From Candidatus Nanohalobium sp. (lineage in GTDB: Archaea > Nanohalarchaeota > Nanosalinia > Nanosalinales > Nanosalinaceae): 22,572 bases of DNA. The position numbers and the translations under genes are program-made. The notes under the pieces were generated by a model. It did not search any database. It was given only the letters and a program-made list of their open reading frames with translations, and was not told the DNA's origin. Location: contig JBDGSL010000005.1 of assembly GCA_042217555.1 (NCBI GenBank), positions 1-22,572 of the forward strand. The letters are read 5' to 3'. Below, piece by piece: positions 1 to 6,834 of the stretch (position 1 is its first letter; each line of letters begins with the position of its first letter).

Positions 1-244
1 AGGTACCGGCGTTCTTCCTCATATAACCATCCATACGGGCGATTCCGAGGCCTTTATCTGCAGGATAGCTTCTTGCTACTCTGCCTACGGTCTCCCTGTT
101 TCCCTCGACCATTACTGCGTCTCCTTCTCTTACCTGAAGTTCTTCCATGATTTTGCTGTCTATCCTGACTATACCTTTACCGACATCCTGCTGAGCGTTT
201 GGAGGAACTTCTCCGACACGCAGCTTGACGTTTTCTTCCGACAT
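1..244 (-). CDS. cdc48: CDC48/VCP family AAA+ ATPase, N-terminal part (runs off the window edge)
   Basis: Manual translation from ATG at 244 (not in the ORF track): MSEENVKLRVGEVPPNAQQDVGKGIVRIDSKIMEELQVREGDAVMVEGNRETVGRVARSYPADKGLGIARMDGYMRKNAGT. This matches the CDC48_N pattern (DVG+GIvRID...GD.V...RMDG..R.NAG). SD sequence AAGGAGGT on the minus strand at 264-257. Confidence 0.93.
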   Translation of the reverse strand, partial: MSEENVKLRVGEVPPNAQQDVGKGIVRIDSKIMEELQVREGDAVMVEGNRETVGRVARSYPADKGLGIARMDGYMRKNAGT

Positions 245-269
245 ATTTTTGCTTAAACCTCCTTAAGTA

Positions 270-620
270 TTATTTTTCAAGTTCTCCATCCGTTGAATCG
301 TCCCGGCCTTTGATCCTGTCTAACATATCCTCGTCCTCGATTATAACAGTGAACACGTGGTAAGATACTTTCGGCTCCCACTCCACAAAGTAGTCAACAA
401 CCTCGTCCCTGTCACTATTCGACACTATGAAAACCGAATCATCTATACGTATATGAGCCACTCGATCCATTAAACCGTCCTTATCGTACTCGTACGTCTT
501 CCCGTTCTTCTTCACTGTCTGCCTGTAACCGAAAAGACCCCGGTAAAACTTGTTCCTCTCATACACCGAGTCAAAGTTCTCCCTCTCAGTCGAATAGGTC
601 AACAGGGACGCTTCAACCAT
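270..620 (-). CDS. Small hypothetical protein, possible Cas2/VapD-like ferredoxin fold; first gene of a probable operon with cdc48
   Basis: ORF 270..629, likely start ATG at 620 (MVEASLLTYS), about 25 nt after TTTAAG at 648-643. The pattern LLTYS...RNKFYRGLFG...IRIDDSVFIV resembles Cas2/VapD beta1-helix-SVF. 25-nt gap to cdc48. Confidence 0.7.
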   Translation of the reverse strand: MVEASLLTYSTERENFDSVYERNKFYRGLFGYRQTVKKNGKTYEYDKDGLMDRVAHIRIDDSVFIVSNSDRDEVVDYFVEWEPKVSYHVFTVIIEDEDMLDRIKGRDDSTDGELEK

Positions 621-651
621 ACAAAACAACTGACCGTGAATACTTAAATAA

Positions 652-673
652 TTTTTACTGACGTCAACAAAAA
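652..673. promoter_or_regulatory. 22-bp quasi-palindrome, putative operator next to the BRE/TATA of the 620-start gene and cdc48
   Basis: TTTTTACTGACGTCAACAAAAA; 9 of 11 symmetric pairs are complementary; 18/22 identical to the site at 18399-18420. Confidence 0.6.
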
Positions 674-822
674 CCTGTTCAGGATTTTAACACGCTAGCA
701 GAAGGAGTAGAGTAGAAGAAGTATGTGAAGAGTTCGGACTGGATGAAAGACAGGTTTCCGAGACGGTCAAGTATACTGCCGAAAGAGCATCTGAAGAGGA
801 ATACAGGCCGCTACAGACATGA
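674..822 (+). pseudogene. Truncated, frameshifted DUF433-family antitoxin remnant
   Basis: PVQDFNTLAEGV / frameshift near 710 / VEEVCEEFGLDERQVSETVKYTAERASEEEYRPLQT*. Matches the DUF433 C-terminal pattern (LAxG...EEI...L...V...L.YAA). No start codon or N-terminus; lies directly upstream of a DUF5615-like remnant. Confidence 0.7.
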
Positions 823-826
823 AAAC

Positions 827-1106
827 ATGAAACTCCTGATAGACGCAGACCTGCCTAATTCTACAGTAAAACCTTTTCGAGAGAGAAATAATATGGTGTA
901 ACTCATGTCGGGGGAAGTAGACTTGGGGAAAAAGCCCCGATACTGAAGCCGCCGACTACGCTAACAAGAACAACTGCGTTCTCGTGGCCAGAGACCGTGA
1001 TTTCGGCAATCCGCTTCTAGAAAACGAGGTGGAAGCAGGAGTCATAGTCATCAAAAGGTTTTTTCTGGCGAGGGATAAAAGATTTCCACTGCAGTGTTCT
1101 GTGTGA
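827..1106 (+). pseudogene. Frameshifted DUF5615 (Mut7-C-like PIN, VapC45-like) toxin remnant
   Basis: MKLLIDADLPNSTVKPFRER / fs / YGVTHVG / fs / EVDLG / fs / KSPDTEAADYANKNNCVLVARDRDFGNPLLENEVEAGVIVIK. Retains the MK.L.D.xLP, HV, D..I..yA and T/R-D-x-D-F-G motifs, but is broken by several frameshifts. Confidence 0.8.
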
Positions 1107-1792
1107 GGGTTGAAAGGGTATCTACCGGGAGTGAGTCCATCGACCGTTTCCTGAACGGTGGCCTTGAGAAAGGTATTGTCAGTAATGTCTACGGCGAGTC
1201 CGGTTCAGGTAAGACTAACTTCTGTATACAGGTCGCGGCTGAGATAGCTGAGGATGGTGGAAATGTTGCGTATATCGATACTGAGGCAGGGTTCTCTCCT
1301 GAAAGATTCCTTCAGATGTCGGATGAGGAGGCCCTTGACAACATCCTGATAAGAAGCCCGACTACCTTCGAGCAGCAGGAGGACGCTGTTGAAAACCTGG
1401 AGGGGACTGTGGAGGAGGAAGATGTGCGTCTTGTCGTCGTGGATTCCGCAGTATCGCTTTACCGTTTGAAAGTGAACGGCGACAACGCATCGGAGGTAAA
1501 CAACCGGTTGTCAGGCCAGCTCTCTGAACTTACCAGGATAGCCCGTGAAAACAATATACCTGTCCTTATCACCAACCAGGTCTACACCAGCTTCGATGAA
1601 GAAGGACTTGAACTCGTAGGAAGGGATGTACCCAAGTACTGGAGCAAATGCCTGCTGAAACTCTCCACAAAAGGAAAGAACAGGAGACAGATTGAGATAA
1701 GTAAACACAGATCACTTCCAGAAGGCAAAAAGATGCAGTTCAAAATAACTGACAACGGACTGGAAGAACCTGAAGAAACAGGACTGTTCTGA
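1103..1792 (+). CDS. radB: DNA repair and recombination protein RadB
   Basis: About 230-aa RecA-fold without an N-terminal domain: STG..SID..LNGG, Walker A GESGSGKT, YIDTE.GFSPERF, Walker B VVVDS, ITNQV and the RadB-specific C-terminal KHR. Start probably GTG 1103 (track gives 1094). Confidence 0.93.
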   Translation: MRVERVSTGSESIDRFLNGGLEKGIVSNVYGESGSGKTNFCIQVAAEIAEDGGNVAYIDTEAGFSPERFLQMSDEEALDNILIRSPTTFEQQEDAVENLEGTVEEEDVRLVVVDSAVSLYRLKVNGDNASEVNNRLSGQLSELTRIARENNIPVLITNQVYTSFDEEGLELVGRDVPKYWSKCLLKLSTKGKNRRQIEISKHRSLPEGKKMQFKITDNGLEEPEETGLF

Positions 1793-2209
1793 AACCCGGC
1801 ATCTGACAGCTAACACCAAACCCAGCCCCTCTCACACAACCATTTAAAAATGTTTTACACCAAGGAAAGGTGTATGAAGCCTTCAACCTGTGGTGGATGC
1901 GTTCTGCAGCGGTCACAGTATGGAAATACCGTCTAGAAAGTCCACATCTGCACTACACAGAGACAGGCTTCAGCTATACGGTTTCAGGTCTGATTTCTCA
2001 TGGATAGAGTATTTCTCTAACAGTTTAACCGGCAGTACTCTGCTGCTACTGTTTCTGCTGACGCTGCTCCCGTGAAAGGCTCAGCGTTCACTTCTCGTTT
2101 TCCTACACAACTATGTTTCGAGGTGAACATCGACAATGACAACACACGCACGACACAACACAAAACACTTTAAAATCGGAGAAACAGCTTTTGAAGGAGG
2201 TGAGAGAAG

Positions 2210-2572
2210 ATGATTGATGAAAAACAGGATAGAGGTTTCAGCAGTAAGACTATACCGATGGATCACATCCGCAGACAGACAATAGAGAAGGAAAGTAGTG
2301 GTTATGAGGTAAATGTCGAGTACAGGGAAGGCGAGGCAGAGATCTACGGCCCTGAGGAGGACATTCAGAGTTTACTTGAAGATGTTGAACAGTCAAGGAT
2401 GGGGGAAAGAGACCACAGGAACGAGTTCGGAGAGGTTAACCCTGACGTATTCTCCTATCTTGAAAAAGAAGATGAGGTCGTCGCTGATGGCGGCTTCCCA
2501 TCATATGATGGAAGACGTCCGATTCAAGTTACACGTAGAAAGGAAGAAAACTACAACGAACTTGACCTATAA
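2210..2572 (+). CDS. Acidic hypothetical protein (120 aa)
   Basis: SD GGAGGTGA just upstream, TTTAAAA near 2169-2175, acidic composition, T-rich tract downstream; contains a VVADGG motif. Confidence 0.8.
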   Translation: MIDEKQDRGFSSKTIPMDHIRRQTIEKESSGYEVNVEYREGEAEIYGPEEDIQSLLEDVEQSRMGERDHRNEFGEVNPDVFSYLEKEDEVVADGGFPSYDGRRPIQVTRRKEENYNELDL

Positions 2573-2770
2573 CTTCTAAATAACTACTTTTCTGTTTTTT
2601 CTTTGTTTTCACGTAGTTAAACTTTCTGTAGTTTCTCTGAACCTGTTTAAATAGTTTTTGAACTGTTCGGTTGTTTCAGCATGTTTTCAGGTGGTTGCTG
2701 CTGGCTGAAAGGCAGCGGTTTTAAAAGGTATTGGTCATTTTTTAAACAGTTCCCTGTTTTCTTTGATTGT

Positions 2771-3034
2771 ATGAGTCTTGACGAGTACCGGGAGGAGATC
2801 GACAGGATAAACAGGGAAATCGCTGAACTTATAGGAGAGAGGATGGACGTCGTTCAGAAGGTCGGGGAGTACAAGAAGGAACACGGCATGGATATAAAGG
2901 ATGAAGGCCGTGAAGAAACTGTTAAGGAGCAGTTCGCGGATGTTTTCAGGGAGAATGATCTCCCTGGTGAAAAAGGGAGGGAGCTTGCCGAGATGCTGAT
3001 AGGCATGGCGGTAGAAGAGGAGGAAGAGGTCTGA
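2771..3034 (+). CDS. Chorismate mutase (AroQ/CM_2), copy 1
   Basis: From ATG 2771: MSLDEYREEIDRINREIAELIGERMDVVQKVGEYKKEHGMDIKDEGREETV. AroQ signature R..ID..........R..........K........D..RE; TATA-like TTTTAAA about 24 nt upstream. Confidence 0.92.
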   Translation: MSLDEYREEIDRINREIAELIGERMDVVQKVGEYKKEHGMDIKDEGREETVKEQFADVFRENDLPGEKGRELAEMLIGMAVEEEEEV

Positions 3035-3036
3035 AG

Positions 3037-3831
3037 ATGAGAGTCGCTCTTCTGGGTCCGAAAGGTACCTACACACACCAGGCCGCTGAAAAGTACTTCA
3101 GGGAGTTTGAGCCTGTTTTCTGCTCCACGATCCGTGAAGTCTTTGAATCGGATGTAGAGGTGAAGTTCGTCCCGATAGAGAACTCGCTGGGAGGCGGCGT
3201 CTCCGACACTATAGACCTGTTGAAGGAGAGGGATGTAGAGGTGACAGGTGAGGTACGGCTACCAATCAGACATGCATTGATCTCCAACGAGGATTCTGTT
3301 GAAGACATCGACACCGTTGTTTCACATCCTCAGGCTCTCTCACAGTGCAGAAAAATAATAAACAGTAATGGATGGGATGAGAAAGAGGCTAATTCGACGG
3401 CTCAAGCGGTTGAAGGTCTTGAGAGCGGTGAGGCAGCTCTTGCGTCGGAGATAGCAGCTGAGATAAACGATAGGAACGTTCTACAGAAAGGTGTTCAGGA
3501 TACTGATACTAACGTCACGCGTTTCTTCGTTCTTAATGGAGAGCGAAGGGGCAGTGACAAGTCCGTGATGATACTTGAACCGGGCGAGGACAGACCGGGC
3601 CTTCTCCATGCGATGCTTTCATGCTTCTCAGGTCACGTGATAAACCTTTCACACATCCAGTCCCGGCCCACAAAGAAGGAACTGGGAGATTACTACTTCT
3701 ACGTGGAGGCAGAGGACGGAGAAGGAGAGAGCATGGACAAGGCAGTTCAGTGCCTTGAAACGTACGGTAAAGTCCAGTTCCTGGGAAGTTACTCTGTGAT
3801 GGAGGATGATAAAGATGAGGAAAAGAATTGA
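3037..3831 (+). CDS. pheA: Prephenate dehydratase with C-terminal ACT domain
   Basis: LGPKGTY, VPIENS..G, SHPQALSQC, STAQA, N.TRF catalytic motif, DRPGLL and INLSHIQSRP (ESRP-like), Y.FYVE, LGSY. Confidence 0.96.
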   Translation: MRVALLGPKGTYTHQAAEKYFREFEPVFCSTIREVFESDVEVKFVPIENSLGGGVSDTIDLLKERDVEVTGEVRLPIRHALISNEDSVEDIDTVVSHPQALSQCRKIINSNGWDEKEANSTAQAVEGLESGEAALASEIAAEINDRNVLQKGVQDTDTNVTRFFVLNGERRGSDKSVMILEPGEDRPGLLHAMLSCFSGHVINLSHIQSRPTKKELGDYYFYVEAEDGEGESMDKAVQCLETYGKVQFLGSYSVMEDDKDEEKN

Positions 3832-4915
3832 GGATATAGAACTGTCTATACGGAGGATATCAGAGAAAGCAGCAAAGACAGATGATGTAATCCGGTTTGA
3901 CATCGGACAGCCCAGCTTCGATACTCCTGAACACGTCAAAGATACTGTAAAAGAAAGATTGATGGAGAAGCAAGGCTATTCTCCAATGCTTGGCCTGGAA
4001 AGTCTTAGAGAAGCTGTAGCCAGAGAAGAAAGCATGAAAAAAGGTTTAAACGTTTCATCAGAAGAGGTGATGGTTACCACAGGAGGCATGGGAGCTCTCT
4101 ACGCTATCTTTGCAGCACGTCTAGGAGAAGAAGATAAAGCTGTGTTCAATGATCCATGCTGGGGGCCGTACAAGATGATAAGCGAGGTCTCGGAGAACAA
4201 ATGGACGCAGGTACGGTACTGGGATGAGGACAGAAATCTGAGGGAAGAAGCCCGCAGGAAGATAGCTGAAGCTGATCTAGCGGTGGTCAACACTCCCTCA
4301 AATCCGACGGGTGCTGTACTCAGCGAGGGACAGGCCCGTGAGATAGCCGAGGTAGCAGAGGACAGTGACACTTTCCTTGTATCTGATGAGGTTTACCACA
4401 GGCTTACCTACGACAGACAACATTTTTCACCGGCTGCTTACACTGATAATGCTGCGGTGATCGGTTCCAGTTCAAAGAACCATGCCATGACGGGATGGAG
4501 GATAGGATGGCTTGTTGACAGCCCGGAGAACATAGAGGAATACGCCAAGGTCTCAAGATCTACCACGGCGTGCCCTCCACGTGTATCTCAGTACGCTGCT
4601 ATCGAGGCACTGGAAAACGATTCACACGTGGAAGAGATGAGGAAGCAGTACAGGGAGAGGAAGAAACTGTTGATGGATAAGATGGATGAACTCGGCTGGA
4701 GCTACAGGGAGCCGGAAGGAGGCATATACGCTTTTCCTGAGGTAGGCAAGGACTCCTGGAGTTTCTGTATGGACATGATCGAGGAAGGAGTTGCCATGGT
4801 TCCCGGCGAGCCGATGGGTCCGGAGAGCGATGAAAACGTCAGGATATGCTTCGGCTCCACGACAGAAGACGAGATAAGGAAAGGTTTCAAAGCTCTGAAG
4901 GAGGCAGAAAAATGA
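3815..4915 (+). CDS. PLP-dependent class I aminotransferase (aspartate/aromatic family)
   Basis: IGQPSF.TP, YSP..G...LR.A, VTTGG, NTPSNPTG, SDEVY, SSSKNHAMTGWRIG (PLP lysine), VPG, VRICF. Start probably 3815 (GGAGG at 3801-3805); overlaps the pheA end. Confidence 0.93.
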   Translation: MRKRIEDIELSIRRISEKAAKTDDVIRFDIGQPSFDTPEHVKDTVKERLMEKQGYSPMLGLESLREAVAREESMKKGLNVSSEEVMVTTGGMGALYAIFAARLGEEDKAVFNDPCWGPYKMISEVSENKWTQVRYWDEDRNLREEARRKIAEADLAVVNTPSNPTGAVLSEGQAREIAEVAEDSDTFLVSDEVYHRLTYDRQHFSPAAYTDNAAVIGSSSKNHAMTGWRIGWLVDSPENIEEYAKVSRSTTACPPRVSQYAAIEALENDSHVEEMRKQYRERKKLLMDKMDELGWSYREPEGGIYAFPEVGKDSWSFCMDMIEEGVAMVPGEPMGPESDENVRICFGSTTEDEIRKGFKALKEAEK

Positions 4916-4940
4916 CGACCTGCCAGGAAGAGGTGGTAAT

Positions 4941-5801
4941 ATGATAGATCAGAAGATCGCTATAGTAGGTGGAACAGGCAAGTTCGGACAGCACATGGGA
5001 GAACACCTTGAAGATGACAACGAGGTGTACATCTCCGGACGCACAGAGGAAACAGCAAGAAAAGTAGCGGACGAACACGGCTGGAAGCACGGTACCAGCA
5101 GGGAGATAGTAACTGATGCCGACATAGTGATTATCTCGGTACCGATCGCTGTCACAGTAGACGTAATACACGAAGTCGGCCCACATGTACCGGAAGACGC
5201 ACTTCTATGTGACGTTACCAGCGTCAAGCAGAAACCTGTAGAGGCCATGAAAGAGTACTCGGAAGAAGTACTTGGCATGCATCCCATGTACGCACCCAGC
5301 AACTCCATAAAAGGACAGAAAGTAGCGATGTGTCCGGAAAAAGGCAAGAGATGGACAGAGATGGAAGAGTTCTGGGAACGCAACGGAGCAGATCTCAACT
5401 TCACAGACCCGGAAACACATGACAAGGCGATGAGCCTGGTGCAGGGCCTCATGCACTTCTCTGAACTGGTCATAGCAGACGTCATCAGGAAGTCAGATCT
5501 CTCAACAGGCGAGACAGAGGACTTCAGGACTCCTGTATACCAGCTTATAACAGATCTAACCGCAAGGATGCTGAACCAGAAACCCGGGCTTTACGGCAGC
5601 ATACAGATCGAAAACCCGGAGAACGAGAAAGTCAGAGAAAGATTCCTTGAGTCCGCAGACGAACTTAAGGAAACAGTGAAAGACGAAGAAGAATTTGCAG
5701 AACTCTTCGACAGACTTGGAGAGGAATTCGACCTTGAAACTGCACAGCAAAGATCTGACAGCGTAATAGAGTTCCTCTCGAACGAAGTCAGAAAACATTG
5801 A
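4941..5801 (+). CDS. tyrA: Prephenate (or arogenate) dehydrogenase
   Basis: Rossmann IVGGTGKFG, IISVP, DVTSVK, HPMYAP, HDKAMSLVQGLMH; SD GAGGTG upstream. Confidence 0.95.
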   Translation: MIDQKIAIVGGTGKFGQHMGEHLEDDNEVYISGRTEETARKVADEHGWKHGTSREIVTDADIVIISVPIAVTVDVIHEVGPHVPEDALLCDVTSVKQKPVEAMKEYSEEVLGMHPMYAPSNSIKGQKVAMCPEKGKRWTEMEEFWERNGADLNFTDPETHDKAMSLVQGLMHFSELVIADVIRKSDLSTGETEDFRTPVYQLITDLTARMLNQKPGLYGSIQIENPENEKVRERFLESADELKETVKDEEEFAELFDRLGEEFDLETAQQRSDSVIEFLSNEVRKH

Positions 5802-5831
5802 TTTAAAACCTTTAAGCCGTCTTCCTTCCCC

Positions 5832-6125
5832 ATGAGCTCTATCGAAGAGGCCCGGCAAAACATCGATAAGATCAACGAAGAGATAGTCCAGAACGTCGAC
5901 CAGCGTATGAGCGAAGTCATGAGAATCATCGAATACAAGGAAGAGAACAACCTTGAAGTACGAGACGAAGACAGGGAAGAAAAAGTCATGAAACAGTTCG
6001 CCGACAGGTTCGAAGAACTGGACATGCCACGGATGAGAGGCCGACAGCTCGGAAGAGTACTTATAGACCTCGCCATAGACCTCGAAAGAGAAGAACTCGA
6101 CAAGAGAAGAGGCAAGACCGAATAA
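5832..6125 (+). CDS. Chorismate mutase (AroQ/CM_2), copy 2
   Basis: MSSIEEARQNIDKINEEIVQNVDQRMSEVMRIIEYKEENNLEVRDEDREEKV aligns by eye without gaps to copy 1 and keeps the R, R, K, D, R, E catalytic positions. Confidence 0.85.
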   Translation: MSSIEEARQNIDKINEEIVQNVDQRMSEVMRIIEYKEENNLEVRDEDREEKVMKQFADRFEELDMPRMRGRQLGRVLIDLAIDLEREELDKRRGKTE

Positions 6126-6132
6126 AATCATT

Positions 6133-6546
6133 CTACACTTCTTTCTGTAGTTTTTCTGGCATTTGAACCTCCACATCTGTCTCTATGTGTTTGAAGTGCT
6201 CAGTATTGCTTGTGATTAAAGCCTTGGAGTTTTCCTCTTCTGCTGAAGCTGCTATCGCCACGTCCTGGAACTCGATAGGTTTTCCATCTTCGTATAGCTG
6301 CGCCATCATCTCTCCGGCTCTGTCTGCAACTTTACCGTTCATCTCTATCCACTGGAACTGTCCAAGGACTTTTCTCGTCTCCTTAACTTTTCCTTTTCTA
6401 TAGGCACCGGTCATTATCTCCGCAACTGTCACTGAACTTATCAGAATCTCGTGTTCCTCTCTGACCAGCCTCTTCATAAGTTTCCTGACTTCCTTGTTCC
6501 CTCTGTCTATCTCCACTATCACGCTGGAATCAAAGAAAAGTTTCAT
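6133..6546 (-). CDS. vapC: VapC-type PIN domain toxin
   Basis: MKLFFDSSVIV, ISSVTVAEI..G, D..IAA.A, LITSN..HF..I. The ATG overlaps the antitoxin stop (TGATG). Confidence 0.92.
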   Translation of the reverse strand: MKLFFDSSVIVEIDRGNKEVRKLMKRLVREEHEILISSVTVAEIMTGAYRKGKVKETRKVLGQFQWIEMNGKVADRAGEMMAQLYEDGKPIEFQDVAIAASAEEENSKALITSNTEHFKHIETDVEVQMPEKLQKEV

Positions 6547-6782
6547 CACATCAAATCCTCAAGTCTATCGGTGGAGTCCTTTCTGGTCTCTTCCATCATA
6601 TTTTCAAAGTCATCGGGGAGAAAACCTTCCTCATCGAAAGCTTCAGGGTCTTTCTTAGTTATGATTGCCTGATCGCCCGAAACATTGACCGTAACTATAT
6701 CTCCCTCTTCGACACCTATCTTCTCCCTGACTTCCTTCGTCAAGGTAATCTGGCTGCCGCGAGTCACAGAAACTTCCGACAT
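6546..6782 (-). CDS. vapB: AbrB/MazE/SpoVT-family antitoxin (VapB)
   Basis: From ATG 6782: MSEVSVTRGSQITLTKEVREKIGVEEGDIVTV (AbrB QITLP..VR..LG...GD pattern), 78 aa, directly upstream of the PIN gene. The track ORF extension to 7016 is spurious. Confidence 0.92.
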   Translation of the reverse strand: MSEVSVTRGSQITLTKEVREKIGVEEGDIVTVNVSGDQAIITKKDPEAFDEEGFLPDDFENMMEETRKDSTDRLEDLM

Positions 6783-6787
6783 AACAA

Positions 6788-6812
6788 TTACTAAAACTAA
6801 AAATCCTAGTAA
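6788..6812. promoter_or_regulatory. Inverted repeat TTACTA-N13-TAGTAA between the TATA box and vapB start; likely autoregulatory operator
   Basis: Perfect 6-bp inverted repeat directly downstream (in minus-strand sense) of TTTAAG at 6818-6813; AbrB-type antitoxins typically bind such sites. Confidence 0.5.
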
Positions 6813-6834
6813 CTTAAATCTTTGCCTGCTGATT

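Noticed and set aside
270..620. CRISPR-Cas locus suggested by the Cas2-like gene
   Set aside because: No cas1 or other cas gene and no regularly spaced direct repeats were seen in the window.
1890..2075. 61-aa ORF (and a roughly 46-aa GTG-start frame from 1870) as real genes
   Set aside because: Non-acidic composition unlike the rest of the proteome, no recognisable motifs, and start positions poorly supported.
1933..2172. RNase P RNA (AGAAAGUCC, ACAGAGA, GUGAAAGG, AAUGAC look-alikes)
   Set aside because: Spacing leaves no room for P5-P10, and there is no 3' strand near the end to form P4 with AGUCC. Kept only as an unassigned ncRNA candidate.
2580..2770. Possible small minus-strand ORF or GCTGC/GCAGC hairpin in the spacer; N-terminal extension of the 2681 ORF
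   Set aside because: No proper start or recognisable motif. The spacer is explained by a T-rich terminator and the chorismate mutase promoter; homology begins at ATG 2771.
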